A stretch of 64,000 nt of DNA, from positions 7,424,001-7,488,000 of the forward strand of contig CAVUSO010000001.1 of the NCBI GenBank assembly GCA_963744145.1, given 5' to 3'. The DNA comes from an uncultured cyanobacterium. Its GTDB lineage: Bacteria; Cyanobacteriota; Cyanobacteriia; Cyanobacteriales; CAWUOF01. Made by a program: the position numbers and the translations under genes. The notes beneath the pieces are model-generated. The model had not been told where the DNA came from, did no database searches, and was given only the letters and a program-made list of their open reading frames with translations. Below are positions 11,271 to 22,596 of the stretch, in pieces (position 1 is the first letter of the stretch; each line of letters opens with the position of its first letter).

Positions 11271-13724
11271 GTGACTTCTCAGCTTGAGCAAATTCAAGTA
11301 TTACTTTTAGAAATTGATGGATGGCTTCGGAAAGTGAACTTACGTCCACCAATGGGTGTGGCAGAAATTGCCCAACAGCGTGGTTTATTAGAAAAGATTC
11401 GCAATTATCTTGATACTCACTATCAACAACTACTACTGACCGAAAAAAATCTGTCTTCAGTCGAACAGGAACCTGAGTTAGTTCCCGAACAAGTTCCGGT
11501 TAGTGATCAGGATGAATCCATACCTATATCGCTGTTATCGACATTAACAGCTCAACAGATTCGACAGTCGGTTGAGCAAGAAATGAACGGTGTTCGAGTT
11601 CAATTTATTAAATATTTCCAAGCTGAATTAAAAAAATTATCCAGGGAAAAGGAAGTTCTGGTTCAGGAAATTACTAAACTTCGCGAAGCACGTCAAGCTT
11701 TGGATTTTCAAGAAGAACAGCAGCGATCGCAAGCAGAAATTCTGACTAATTTTTTAGAAGTAATTGCTACTAATTTACAAGATACTCTCCCTCAACAAAT
11801 TACGGAAATTCTGACTGAGCAAATTTCCCAATTTAATTTACAATCACCAGTAACTAAAACTGAAATTCAGATTGAGCAAATATCTCAAGAAGTAATAGTT
11901 CCAGATCAGCAACCTCCCCAAAAAGATTTAGTTAGTGCAAAAATTACTGAATCTAGTGATATAATTACTAGCTTTACTGAACTTTTAGCACAATTAAATT
12001 TAGAGGAAAAAATATCCGAGGTAAAAGAATCTATTGTAGCTGAACCGCAAAATCAAGAAATTTCACCCTCCGTCAGTGATCTAAAAGCAGATTTACCTAC
12101 TCAAACAAATCCGGATGAACAACTTACTGGTTTGTTAGATGATCATCATGATGATTTACCAACTCCAGTAATACCACCAGGGAGGAAAAATTCAGCTCAA
12201 AAGAGTAATATTTCATCTGCTAGTAAAAGTACATTACTTAATCCAGCTTCGATCGCAAATAAACAATCAGTTCCGTTGGTAACTAATCCAGACTCTGCAA
12301 TTCCACCATCCCTACCCAGTAGCTCAAATTCCGTGGAAACAGTTTTTCCAGTTAATCCACCAGAAGTTTGGTATCTAGGTATTGATTTAGGAGCAACAGA
12401 TATTTCTGCTACTTTGTTCAATTGTTTAACTGGTGTATTATATCCTTTATCTTGGTCAACTTCTGGGACAATTGATGTTCGTTTAGCAATTGAAAAAACC
12501 GGGTTATTATGGTCAAATTTTCCATCGGGATTAAGTGAAGCAATTCCTTATGCTCCAGCAACTATAGCTCCAGTTTCAGAAAGTAATCAACCAAATTTAT
12601 CCGAATTACCAAAAACGATTATCAAAGCACTCCAAGAATTATTTGCACTTTTTCTTAAACCCAATAAAGTCATTGTTCCTCCCGAGTTAGATCCAGAGAC
12701 TTTTCACTTAGCACTACGAGAATTAGCTGGAGTAATTTTAGGTTGTCCAATTGATTGTCCAGATACTTATCGTTTCAATCTCCGGGAAGCAGTATTAGGT
12801 GCTAAGTTAGTAGCTAGTGCTGAACAAATTTTTTTTATTGAAAACGCGATCGCACTGTTAATTTCTGAATTACCCTTACCGAAACAATCAACTAAGTTAA
12901 ATTCTACTTCTGACCAAGAAAACAAACTTTCTCTGTTACCTGTTGAGCGAGATAATTATTGGTATGGTGGGACTTTAGTGCTAAATATTGATCCTGTCAA
13001 AACTGAGATATGTCTAGTCAGATTACCAGAACAGATCGGAACATTAACTTATAAAAATTTCCAGTTTCGATCTGTTGATAATAGGGAAGAAGTAGTTAAT
13101 TTTGTCCAAATTATAAACCGTGAATTTAATACTATCCTGATTCAAATGGGAATGACCGTAGAAGAAATTAATCAAGCAATTTGGATCGGTGAAAATAGTG
13201 AATTAACAGCGATCGCGACTTGGTTAAGACAAAAGCTACCCAACGCAAAAATTATTCAAGATCAAATAACAGATGATCGCAAATCAGGAGTAAATCGGAT
13301 TGCTAAAGGTTTAGCAAAATTACCATTATATCCCCAGATTCTAGATATTACCCAACATCAGTATGAAGATTATTTTCTATTCATGGAACTATTACGAGTT
13401 ATCCCTGAGCAAGATTTACAAATTGCAGAGGTGATGAAGTTATTAGAAGAGCGAGGTATTAATACTCGTGTTTGTGAACCAAGAATCTTAGCGATTTTAA
13501 ATGGTAAAATTCCAGTTGGATTAGTTCCTCCTTCCAACGAAATTGGGGATAATATTCCTAATTCTCCCACCCATATATTTGAAAAACTAGATGAGCAAAC
13601 CTATCGACCATTATCCCAGCAATGCGATCGATTCCGTCGATATTTGCGTCAAATTTTAGCCCATAGTTACCAAAAATTAGAGGAACCACTCACCGTCGGT
13701 TTTATGATGGATGTAGTCAAATGA
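11271..13724 (+). CDS. Hypothetical protein: coiled coil, low-complexity linker, degenerate Hsp70/actin-like domain
   Basis: 817-aa ORF with a WYLGIDLG motif after a Pro/Ser-rich linker. Confidence 0.6.
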   Translation: MTSQLEQIQVLLLEIDGWLRKVNLRPPMGVAEIAQQRGLLEKIRNYLDTHYQQLLLTEKNLSSVEQEPELVPEQVPVSDQDESIPISLLSTLTAQQIRQSVEQEMNGVRVQFIKYFQAELKKLSREKEVLVQEITKLREARQALDFQEEQQRSQAEILTNFLEVIATNLQDTLPQQITEILTEQISQFNLQSPVTKTEIQIEQISQEVIVPDQQPPQKDLVSAKITESSDIITSFTELLAQLNLEEKISEVKESIVAEPQNQEISPSVSDLKADLPTQTNPDEQLTGLLDDHHDDLPTPVIPPGRKNSAQKSNISSASKSTLLNPASIANKQSVPLVTNPDSAIPPSLPSSSNSVETVFPVNPPEVWYLGIDLGATDISATLFNCLTGVLYPLSWSTSGTIDVRLAIEKTGLLWSNFPSGLSEAIPYAPATIAPVSESNQPNLSELPKTIIKALQELFALFLKPNKVIVPPELDPETFHLALRELAGVILGCPIDCPDTYRFNLREAVLGAKLVASAEQIFFIENAIALLISELPLPKQSTKLNSTSDQENKLSLLPVERDNYWYGGTLVLNIDPVKTEICLVRLPEQIGTLTYKNFQFRSVDNREEVVNFVQIINREFNTILIQMGMTVEEINQAIWIGENSELTAIATWLRQKLPNAKIIQDQITDDRKSGVNRIAKGLAKLPLYPQILDITQHQYEDYFLFMELLRVIPEQDLQIAEVMKLLEERGINTRVCEPRILAILNGKIPVGLVPPSNEIGDNIPNSPTHIFEKLDEQTYRPLSQQCDRFRRYLRQILAHSYQKLEEPLTVGFMMDVVK

Positions 13725-14257
13725 ATTTACCCACTTGGATTACAGTTTCTCGTTTATTAGCAGTACCAATAACTCTTTATTTTTTGCAACATCCCACTGA
13801 GCAAGAACGTTGGTTCACTGTGGTAATTTTTTTATTAGCTGCTGGAACAGATTGGTTAGATGGTTATTTAGCTCGTAAACTTAACCAAATCACCGATCTG
13901 GGTAAATTTCTTGATCCATTAGTAGATAAATTGCTCATTTTAGCTCCACTGATAGCATTAGTAGAACTTGGTCAACTACCTGCTTGGGGAGTATTTTTAA
14001 TTTTAACCCGAGAACTGGTAATTTCGGGTTGGAGAGTTAACCCAAATCTTACTGGTGGGACGAATATTCAGGGTGCTAATTGGTGGGGGAAACTAAAAAC
14101 AGTTAGTCAAATTTTGGCGATCGCGCTTTTAATTGCACCATTACCCAAAGTATGGATAATCCCCTCATTAATTGCCTTCTGGATTTCTGTTGCTCTCACC
14201 TTAATTTCCGGTATTATATATCTCTGGCCTGAAAATGTCAATGGGGAAAATGCTTAA
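13721..14257 (+). CDS. pgsA: CDP-diacylglycerol-glycerol-3-phosphate 3-phosphatidyltransferase
   Basis: DWLDGYLAR...GKFLDPLVDK CDP-alcohol phosphotransferase motif. Confidence 0.93.
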   Translation: MNLPTWITVSRLLAVPITLYFLQHPTEQERWFTVVIFLLAAGTDWLDGYLARKLNQITDLGKFLDPLVDKLLILAPLIALVELGQLPAWGVFLILTRELVISGWRVNPNLTGGTNIQGANWWGKLKTVSQILAIALLIAPLPKVWIIPSLIAFWISVALTLISGIIYLWPENVNGENA

Positions 14258-14286
14258 TTAGTTATCGAAGCTATTCAGTTAATGGG

Positions 14287-14883
14287 ATGGTGAGAAAGAT
14301 GATCGCAGTAGTAACAGCACCAACAAGAAAGCAATTCACAGTAGAGGAATATTACCAGCTGAGTGAGTTGGGGATGCTAGGGGATGGTAGGACAGAACTA
14401 ATTGATGGGGATATTATTTATATGGCACCAATGGGTAGTCGTCATTTAAGCTGTCTAATTCGATTGAATAAAATTTTCCCCAAACTTTTAAATGATCGTG
14501 CTTTAGTCGCGATGCAAGGAGCAGTCAGGCTAAATGGAAAATTAGAACCGGAACCCGACCTATCAATTTTGAAACCGCGTGATGATTGTTACGAGTATCT
14601 GCTCCCCCAACCCCAAGACATATATTTACTAATCGAAGTATCAATTACTACGATTAACGATGATCGTAATGTCAAGTCAGTCCTATATGCCAAAGCTGGG
14701 ATTATTGAACTTTGGATCGTAGACATAGAAGGACAATTAGTTGAGGTGTATCGCAATCCCACTGCTAATGGTTATGAAAGTATCCAACAATTTAGACGCG
14801 GTAACTCAATCTCACCTCTTTCATTTCCAGACATAGTAATCAGTGTTGATGAGATTTTATGGACTAATAGATCACAAAATTAA
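14287..14883 (+). CDS. Uma2 family endonuclease-fold protein
   Basis: FTVEEY...ELIDG, PEPD, LLIEVS, YAKAGIIELWIVD. Confidence 0.88.
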   Translation: MVRKMIAVVTAPTRKQFTVEEYYQLSELGMLGDGRTELIDGDIIYMAPMGSRHLSCLIRLNKIFPKLLNDRALVAMQGAVRLNGKLEPEPDLSILKPRDDCYEYLLPQPQDIYLLIEVSITTINDDRNVKSVLYAKAGIIELWIVDIEGQLVEVYRNPTANGYESIQQFRRGNSISPLSFPDIVISVDEILWTNRSQN

Positions 14884-14980
14884 TCAACCGGATTGAATAG
14901 CTAGGCTACTTCATCAGTAAAACTTTCAAATGTGGGACAGACATCTTGTCTGTCCAATAAAGTAACTTTTGCTTTCTTGT

Positions 14981-15706
14981 CTATTGATTTTGTAGCTTTT
15001 CCTTCTTTTTCCTCAACTGATCGACAAACACGACCTGTTCCGGTGACTTCAACCCGACTTGGAGTATTTCCAATACCTGTGCTAACTGATTATTAATTAG
15101 TGCCTCCACCTTCAACCATAAACCTGGAAACACCCGACTACGAATGATACCATCTGGATCAGGAGATAGCAACTGATACTCTCCATCAGTCAGAAAAAAC
15201 CATTCAATCTGATTTTCGTAAGATTTCCAAATCACATACTCCAATACGCCATTGCGACAATATACCTGCTTTTTGCTACCTGTATCGATCGCTGTACTAC
15301 TTGCGGCAATTTCCACAATCAATTCAGGAGATCCTTCAATATAACCATCTTCACTCAGTCGGGTTTGTCCTCCTGCATCCGCTTCAATAAACAGCACTGC
15401 ATCTGGTTGAGGTTCATTATCCAGATCTAGACGTACTGTCGGTTCAACACTTAAGTCTACACCCGGAGTCATTGCTTGATAAACTCCTAACCAGGTCATA
15501 ACTCGACTGTGGGGTTGACCATGCTGCTGGTGTCGTAACGGAGATACCACGTAAACAATTCCTTCGATTAGTTCTGCTTTTTTGATGTGGGGAGCAGCTG
15601 CATATTGTCGCTCGAATTCGGGACGAGTTAGGCGATCGCCACTTTGCAGGGTCAAATATTCCTGTGCCAAATCAGATTGTATTTGAGATGAGAACTCTCT
15701 AACCAT
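14981..15706 (-). CDS. Uma2 family endonuclease-fold protein
   Basis: LQSGDRLTRPEFERQY, PQPD, PELIVEIA. Confidence 0.88.
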   Translation of the reverse strand: MVREFSSQIQSDLAQEYLTLQSGDRLTRPEFERQYAAAPHIKKAELIEGIVYVVSPLRHQQHGQPHSRVMTWLGVYQAMTPGVDLSVEPTVRLDLDNEPQPDAVLFIEADAGGQTRLSEDGYIEGSPELIVEIAASSTAIDTGSKKQVYCRNGVLEYVIWKSYENQIEWFFLTDGEYQLLSPDPDGIIRSRVFPGLWLKVEALINNQLAQVLEILQVGLKSPEQVVFVDQLRKKKEKLQNQ

Positions 15707-15832
15707 TTTCAGGCATAATTTTTGTGATTATTTGGCTAAAAACAATCCCAAACTGATCCATATTTCCCAGGTTAAGTACCTGAGAATATATGGATACAAT
15801 ACAACTTCAACCAGATGTAACTGGAGTTAAAT

Positions 15833-17950
15833 TTATGCAGATTGAGCAATTTGATAGGGACTGGTTAATTTTTCCAATTGTTGCACTAACAAACTGAGGA
15901 ATAAACCAACATCAGTAACCACTCCGACCGATTCAATCGAACCCCGATCGCTTAATTTGGTAACAACTGCTGGATTAATATCCACACAAACCATTTTCAC
16001 TCCCGATGCGGTCATATTCCCTACACCGATGGAATGTAGCATAGATGACAGCATCAAAATCATATCTGCGCCTTGGAGCAAACGAGTATACTCCTCTTGG
16101 GCTTTAATTAAATCCATTTCTGTATCTGGTAAAGGACCATCATCACGGATGGAACCAGCTAAACAGAAAGGTACTCCAGCGCGAACACATTCATACATTA
16201 CACCATTGGTAATTACGCCTTCTTCAACGGCTTTCGCGATACTACCATAGCGACGAATTGTGTTAATGACTTTTAAATGATGTCGGTGTCCACCGCGAAC
16301 TGCAACTCCTCGTTTCATGTCTACTCCCAAAGAAGTACCCATGACCGATTGTTCAATATCATGAACTGCGATCGCATTTCCACCTAACAACGCTTGAACG
16401 TAACCCTTCCGAATCAAATGTCCTAAGTGTTCACCACCACCAGTATGAATTACCACTGGTCCAGCAGTTACCACCACTTTTCCATTGCGATCGCGAATTT
16501 GTCGTAACTCCCAAGCAACTTGTTCTACTACTAATTCAACTCTACGTTCGCTGGAAACTCCCGCAGACATAAAACTAAATTCCGTGGTATTGCGTTGTTC
16601 CCGCGATTCAGTTTTCCGGATAGTGCGGATTCCTTCTACACCAACAATTACATCTTCACCTACTGCTAAATCTCGGAGTAACTTACAACGAGCGATCGGT
16701 TCTCCATCGGGGGTATAGGTAATCGCGATCGCCCCATCCATTCTTTGATTTTGCACTTTTACCCACTGACATTTTACCCGGACTTCCGTGGGATAAATCG
16801 TAGTGACATAAAAATCATCAGGAGCTACACCTGCTTGGGTGACAGTTTCCAGAGTAGTATCACAGACTTCTTGAGGAGGAGCAACTGCACCCAGATCGAT
16901 CAACTGGGAGACAATTTCTTCCATAATGGCATGGGAAGGAGCAGAAACTTTGACTTCTGCCGATGAGGTACTTTGTCTTTGTTCTCCCAAATTAAAATTG
17001 AGTACCTGGAAACTTCCACCACCTCCGACTACTAAATCGAGGGCACGATTAATTAATCCAGAATCAAGCAAGTGACCTTCTAGTCGAACAGTCCGACTTT
17101 CTACGGTCACATTAGCATGATGTTCTTCCATCATCGGTTCGGTCACGCGCAAAGTCAGACACTTCGCAGCACCACCAGCTTTTAGAAATTCAGTTAGGGG
17201 AGTAGTTATAACCTGAAATCCAGCTTGTTCCAGACTATCTTTTAAATCTTTAGTGGTTTGGTTCAATACCACAATTTGGTCAATATTTACAGCATTACAG
17301 GCAAAATTGACCGCATCTGCTTCGGAAACCACTATCCGTTTTGCTTCTGGAACCCGCATTTCAATTAATCGGTTCGAGTAAGCATCAAAAGCTGGTGGAT
17401 AATAGAGTAAATAGCCACCAGTTAAAGGACAGAAACAGGTATCGAGGTGATAAAATCTTTCATCGACCAAATGGAGAGATAGGACTTCAATATCCAGCCA
17501 TTTGGCTAAATAGGGATGGGAATCTAATTCCGAGCGGAACCCATAACCAGCCCATAACCAACGTCCTTCCCGATCTAACAGAGCATCCCCTGCACCTTCA
17601 AAGGGTAAATCTTTGGGGAGTTCTTGGACGATATAACCTTGAGATTGGAACCAGGTTTTAAAAAACGGTTCTTCCCCTTGTCTTTCTTTGTGGAAAAAAC
17701 GACTAAGAACTACTTTATTTCCTAATACTAGACCAGCATTAGCCGTAAACACCATATCTGGCCAACCCTGCTCTGGCTTGACCAAATCTACGATAGCGTG
17801 TTCTTTGAGAACATAGAGCAACTTTTGCCATTGTTCGACGGCGCGATCGCGGGAAGATTTATGAATATTACCCTCCATCCAGGGATTAATCACATAATCC
17901 ACGTCGTAATGGTCAGGGGCACACATGAGAAAGCGAATCGGATCAGTCAT
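15833..17950 (-). CDS. argZ: Arginine dihydrolase/ornithine cyclodeaminase ArgZ (AgrE)
   Basis: Amidinotransferase-like N-terminus (DMVFTAN, FEGAGD, YHLDTC, GGAAKC) fused to a TIGR00300-type C-terminus. ATG start taken at 17950. Confidence 0.88.
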   Translation of the reverse strand: MTDPIRFLMCAPDHYDVDYVINPWMEGNIHKSSRDRAVEQWQKLLYVLKEHAIVDLVKPEQGWPDMVFTANAGLVLGNKVVLSRFFHKERQGEEPFFKTWFQSQGYIVQELPKDLPFEGAGDALLDREGRWLWAGYGFRSELDSHPYLAKWLDIEVLSLHLVDERFYHLDTCFCPLTGGYLLYYPPAFDAYSNRLIEMRVPEAKRIVVSEADAVNFACNAVNIDQIVVLNQTTKDLKDSLEQAGFQVITTPLTEFLKAGGAAKCLTLRVTEPMMEEHHANVTVESRTVRLEGHLLDSGLINRALDLVVGGGGSFQVLNFNLGEQRQSTSSAEVKVSAPSHAIMEEIVSQLIDLGAVAPPQEVCDTTLETVTQAGVAPDDFYVTTIYPTEVRVKCQWVKVQNQRMDGAIAITYTPDGEPIARCKLLRDLAVGEDVIVGVEGIRTIRKTESREQRNTTEFSFMSAGVSSERRVELVVEQVAWELRQIRDRNGKVVVTAGPVVIHTGGGEHLGHLIRKGYVQALLGGNAIAVHDIEQSVMGTSLGVDMKRGVAVRGGHRHHLKVINTIRRYGSIAKAVEEGVITNGVMYECVRAGVPFCLAGSIRDDGPLPDTEMDLIKAQEEYTRLLQGADMILMLSSMLHSIGVGNMTASGVKMVCVDINPAVVTKLSDRGSIESVGVVTDVGLFLSLLVQQLEKLTSPYQIAQSA

Positions 17951-18128
17951 AATAGATTTCAAATGGGTTGAGACAGCTGGCGACTTTTCCAATTTGGGCA
18001 CAACCTTTGACAGTCTTGGTTGAGAAGTCGCTAACAACTGTCCCTGCTTTTTGCCAAGATTTGGGAACCCTAATGGATCAAGCCCAATTATCTATTCTAT
18101 TATGTTTTGAGATCCATTTACCAAGGAC

Positions 18129-18323
18129 TTAAACGCTGGCAACTAATTTAATCCGACCCGCGTCCATCTCGTCCATCAATAATTCCAGCGCTTCATAATC
18201 AACATCTGAGATATAACCCAATCTAGTCAGCTCTCCGTTGATGCCATTTTCAATGTCAGGAGTTAATCGCTGCAAATAAAGGGCTTTTTCTACAAGCTGA
18301 CGAATAATCCCTGTAGGTTTCAT
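18129..18323 (-). CDS. Small hypothetical protein
   Basis: 64-aa ORF with ATG start and plausible composition. Confidence 0.65.
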   Translation of the reverse strand: MKPTGIIRQLVEKALYLQRLTPDIENGINGELTRLGYISDVDYEALELLMDEMDAGRIKLVASV

Positions 18324-18790
18324 AAAAAGATAGTTGAACTCCTGATCATTAATTTTCTCTTGATCAAATGGACAAAACCGTGATTAGTGCTTGGGTTGAA
18401 AGTGATATTAATCACTGCGGGAACAAAACTGCCGCTATGGCAATCTTTGCCAATATGGTTACGAAAAAATCATGTCACCTTGGTTGATTCCTGCATTTAG
18501 ACCCACAAGGTCAGGATCTGATGGGCTTTTCTAGGACCAATAGAAAACCAGCCCAAAGTTGCTGATTAATTTTGTGGATCGGAATAAATGACTGTTGTTT
18601 AGTTTTTCCTGAAACTAAATAGTTTAACTGCGTGATTATGGAATTTGCTGAAAATTTTAAAGGATCAAAAAATCAATTTAAAGATTTAGCAAAGCTCCTC
18701 TAATTAGTTAGTAAATTAGTAAATTTGCGGGTATGTTCAAAACATAATCAAAATTTATTTGATTATGGTATTGTCCAAAGGAATAAGAAT

Positions 18791-19126
18791 ATGCAGAGTG
18801 TTATGTCCCATCCCAAAATTACAGTTATTCAACCTGAAGGTCATCTGAATGCTTCTGGGTTAGAGAAATTTCAAAGTCAACTAATTACCACGCTTACCAG
18901 TGATGGACCATCAATTATTTTAGTAGATATGGAGCAAGTCGAATCCCTAGATAGCGCAGGACTAATGGCTTTAGTTTCAGCCCTAAGTTTAGCGCAGCGG
19001 TTAGAAAAAAGGTTTAGTCTTTGTAGCGTCAGACAGACAATTAAGCTAATTTTTGAACTGACTCAACTAGATCGCGTGTTTGAAATGTTTGATAACAGTA
19101 CAGCTTTTCGAGCCACGCTAGTATAG
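18791..19126 (+). CDS. STAS-domain anti-sigma factor antagonist
   Basis: LVDMEQVESLDSAGL...IFELTQLDRVF. Confidence 0.88.
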   Translation: MQSVMSHPKITVIQPEGHLNASGLEKFQSQLITTLTSDGPSIILVDMEQVESLDSAGLMALVSALSLAQRLEKRFSLCSVRQTIKLIFELTQLDRVFEMFDNSTAFRATLV

Positions 19127-19310
19127 GAACTGACTAAATTTGCCCCTTCGACTCCGCGAGCGGGTAAATGATCCAGTGGGATATATCTGTTTTGCTTAAA
19201 TCAGGGTGCTTTTCCAGTATCGGTCGATCAGCCAAATCTCTAACTAATGTGGAAATATCCAGTATATTAAAGATAATCATAATCATAACTGGAAGTAAGA
19301 GAGTGCTGCT

Positions 19311-21977
19311 GTGGCAGTTGCAATTAAAGAATTACTCACACCAGAAATCCAGCGTCCAGCACGCTACCTAGGGAATGAACTAGGATCGGTACATAAACCC
19401 TGGGAATCAGCTCAGGTTCGCTGGGTATTGTCCTATCCAGAAATATATGAGGTTGGTGCATCTAATTTAGGCCATATCATTTTATACAATATCTTAAATG
19501 CCCAACCTAGACAGCTATGCGATCGCACCTATTTACCAGCACCAGACTTAGCGAGCAAATTGCGAGCTACAAAAACACCATTATTTGCCGTTGAGTCGAG
19601 CAGATCACTGATCGAATTTGATATCCTAGGTTTTAGTTTGGGTTATGAACTAGGAGCTAGTAACATTCTAGAAATGTTAGATTTAGCAGGTATTCCCCTA
19701 ACTTGGCAGGAAAGACAAGCCCAAACCGGGACAACTTACCCGCTTATCTTTGCAGGTGGACAAACAGCCACATCTAACCCAGAGCCTTATAGCGATTTTT
19801 TCGATTTCATGGTAATGGGTGATGGAGAAGAAGTGCTACCAGAAATCGGACTGATTCTGGAAGAAGACCAACAAATGGGGTTAAATCGACAGGAATTACT
19901 GTGGGATTTAGCCCAAATTCCGGGAGTTTATGTACCGCAATTTTATGATCTAGGAGCTGATGGGGCGATCGTCCCCCAGCGCAGTGATGTCCCAAAGCGC
20001 ATTTCGCGTCGGGTAGCTCTCCCAATCCCAGCTTATTCCATTGGTTTAGTCCCTTATATTGAAACCGTACATGACCGACTCAGCATCGAAATTCGACGTG
20101 GTTGTACCCGTGGATGTCGTTTTTGTCAACCAGGAATGTTATCACGACCAGCTCGGGATGTAGAGCCAGAAAGGGTAATTGAAGCGATCGAACAGGGAAT
20201 AAGAAAGACAGGTTATCAAGAATTTTCCCTACTTTCTCTAAGCTGTTCAGACTATTTAGCTTTACCTGCGGTGGGGATGGAAGTGAAAAATCGGTTACAA
20301 AACGACAACATTTCCCTGTCTCTTCCGAGTCAACGAGTAGATCGATTTGATGAAAACATTGCTAAGATTATTGGTGGGACAAAACAAAACGGTCTGACCT
20401 TTGCACCGGAAGCTGGCACCCAACGATTACGAGATATCATTAATAAAGGACTAAGCAACGCTGAATTACTCAAAGGAATAAAAACTGCTTTTGAGCAAGG
20501 TTGGGATAAAATCAAGTTATATTTTATGATTGGATTGCCAGGAGAAACCGATGCTGACATCATCGGGATTGCGGAAACAGTCCGCTGGCTCCAACAAGAA
20601 TGTCGCGCTCCCGGGAGAAAGCACATTCGGTTTAACCTGACTATTTCCAACTTTACTCCTAAGCCCCACACCCCATTCCAGTGGTATTCAGTTTCTAGTA
20701 CCGAATTTAGGCGGAAACAGGCACTACTGAGAGCTGAATTAAGTTCGATCAAAGGTGTGAAAGCAAACTTCACCGATGTGCGGATTTCAGCGATGGAAGA
20801 CTTTCTGGGACGAGGAAATCGGAGTTTGGGCAAAGTAATCCGTCGGGCTTGGGAATTGGGTGCTGGCATGGACGCTTGGTTTGACAATTTAGATCGTGCT
20901 TTTACAGCTTGGGAACAAGCGATCGCCGAAGCAGGATTAACATGGAAATATGCTCAGGGCAAAAATAGTGCGGGAAAGTTGATCCCAATTCCCCGTAAAC
21001 AGGAGCAGGTTACCGAGCAAGAATCTGTCAACCTAGACCAACCTTTACCTTGGGATCATATAGATACAGGAATAGAGAAAAGTTGGCTTAAAGCTGACTG
21101 GCAAAAATCTCTAGCAGCAGCAATTGTACCGGATTGCTCTTTTGCAGGTTGTTCTCAATGCGGTATCTGTGGCCCGGAATTTGGCCATAATATCGTGATT
21201 GAACCACCACCAATACCACAATTTGCTGGTCATTTTTCCCCTAAGCAAGAAGGAAAGCAAAGAATAAGAATATGGTTTGGAAAATTGGGAGATCTGGCTT
21301 TGGTTAGTCATCTGGATTTAGCCAGATTGTTTGACAGAGCTGTGAGACGAGCAAATTTGCCCATTGCATTTACGGGTGGGTTTCATCCGAGTCCGAGGAT
21401 CGCGATCGCGAATGCTCTACCCCTAGGGACTACCAGTACGGGAGAGATTGTAGACATGGAACTAACCAAGTCCTTACCTGTAGATCATTTCCGAGACCAA
21501 TTAGCAGCCAATCTACCCATAAACATCCCCATCTATCGAGTTGAGGAAATAGATCTAAAAGCCCCCTCGGCTAGTGGAAGGTTAAAAAGAGCTGAATATT
21601 TTCTAAGTGTGGCAATGATTGATACTGAGGAAAATCAGGAAACTTCCCAGCACTGGGCTGATGTTCCGGGGAAATTCGCTAGTTGGGTGCAGGATATCTT
21701 AGCCAAAGACACTTTTTGGTGGGAATATACGGACAAATCTGGTCAAATTAAAAAGGTAAATTTGCGCGATCGCTTGTTTGAATTAGAACGGCTCGAGTCT
21801 CCACCAGCAATCTTAAACCTGAGTGCATCAGATCCTCTAACTGTTTTGCGCTATATTAGCACTTACCAACATGATGGGATACAGTTGCGACCAGAGCATA
21901 TCACCTATATGCTCACACAAGTAGCCAAACAGGAATTCAGATTAGGGCAGGTCCATCGTGTGCAGTTAATCATGTAA
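19311..21977 (+). CDS. B12-binding radical SAM protein (TIGR03960) fused to a radical SAM-linked domain (TIGR03936)
   Basis: RGCTRGCRFC, TFAPEAGT; C-terminal SHLDL...FTGGFHPSP. Confidence 0.88.
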   Translation: MAVAIKELLTPEIQRPARYLGNELGSVHKPWESAQVRWVLSYPEIYEVGASNLGHIILYNILNAQPRQLCDRTYLPAPDLASKLRATKTPLFAVESSRSLIEFDILGFSLGYELGASNILEMLDLAGIPLTWQERQAQTGTTYPLIFAGGQTATSNPEPYSDFFDFMVMGDGEEVLPEIGLILEEDQQMGLNRQELLWDLAQIPGVYVPQFYDLGADGAIVPQRSDVPKRISRRVALPIPAYSIGLVPYIETVHDRLSIEIRRGCTRGCRFCQPGMLSRPARDVEPERVIEAIEQGIRKTGYQEFSLLSLSCSDYLALPAVGMEVKNRLQNDNISLSLPSQRVDRFDENIAKIIGGTKQNGLTFAPEAGTQRLRDIINKGLSNAELLKGIKTAFEQGWDKIKLYFMIGLPGETDADIIGIAETVRWLQQECRAPGRKHIRFNLTISNFTPKPHTPFQWYSVSSTEFRRKQALLRAELSSIKGVKANFTDVRISAMEDFLGRGNRSLGKVIRRAWELGAGMDAWFDNLDRAFTAWEQAIAEAGLTWKYAQGKNSAGKLIPIPRKQEQVTEQESVNLDQPLPWDHIDTGIEKSWLKADWQKSLAAAIVPDCSFAGCSQCGICGPEFGHNIVIEPPPIPQFAGHFSPKQEGKQRIRIWFGKLGDLALVSHLDLARLFDRAVRRANLPIAFTGGFHPSPRIAIANALPLGTTSTGEIVDMELTKSLPVDHFRDQLAANLPINIPIYRVEEIDLKAPSASGRLKRAEYFLSVAMIDTEENQETSQHWADVPGKFASWVQDILAKDTFWWEYTDKSGQIKKVNLRDRLFELERLESPPAILNLSASDPLTVLRYISTYQHDGIQLRPEHITYMLTQVAKQEFRLGQVHRVQLIM

Positions 21978-22596
21978 ATTTTGGGTTGAAACGATTGGCT
22001 TTCGAGACAATTGTGCCAAAATCAGACTAATTTACGATCCAATTGAGACAATTTTGACAGCAAACCATCCAGATTCTCAAGCTCGCGCTAGGCAGGAAAG
22101 CAACTGCACGCTATAATTCATCTCAATGGAAGTTGTTGCAGCTAGACCCCTCAAAAGCGAAAGCGCAATAGGGAACCAGCAAAAAATGGCTAGGGTAACC
22201 TACTTCTCCAAGATTTCCAATCTTTCTGTTCATTCTGGGTATGAGAAAATCCCCTTAAATCAGGGTAGTATCCGAGTTACTTTCAGGATTCTAACTAACA
22301 ACTCAAGAGGTCGAGTTAAGCCAAATAGTTGGTCAAAAATCAGCAATTCGGAAATGGTTAGAAAGTCAAAAAAACCCAAGAAGGACAGCAAAATTTCTTG
22401 CTCACTTAGCTACGAATTCTGGCCATCAGTCGTCAAGAGTTTAGGCTGTAAAGTTTGGATTTTCCTGAAAAGAATTAAATTTGAGCGCGAAGCAAATTTT
22501 AATTTAAGGTCACAATCAAATCCAAAACTTGGTAGCCAAAATCAAAATTTAACCATGACTTGCTGATAGCTAAAAGCCAGTTTTTGAGGAAATTGA

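Noticed and set aside
22126..22566. 146-aa ORF upstream of rne
   Set aside because: No recognisable motif; lies in the probable rne leader.
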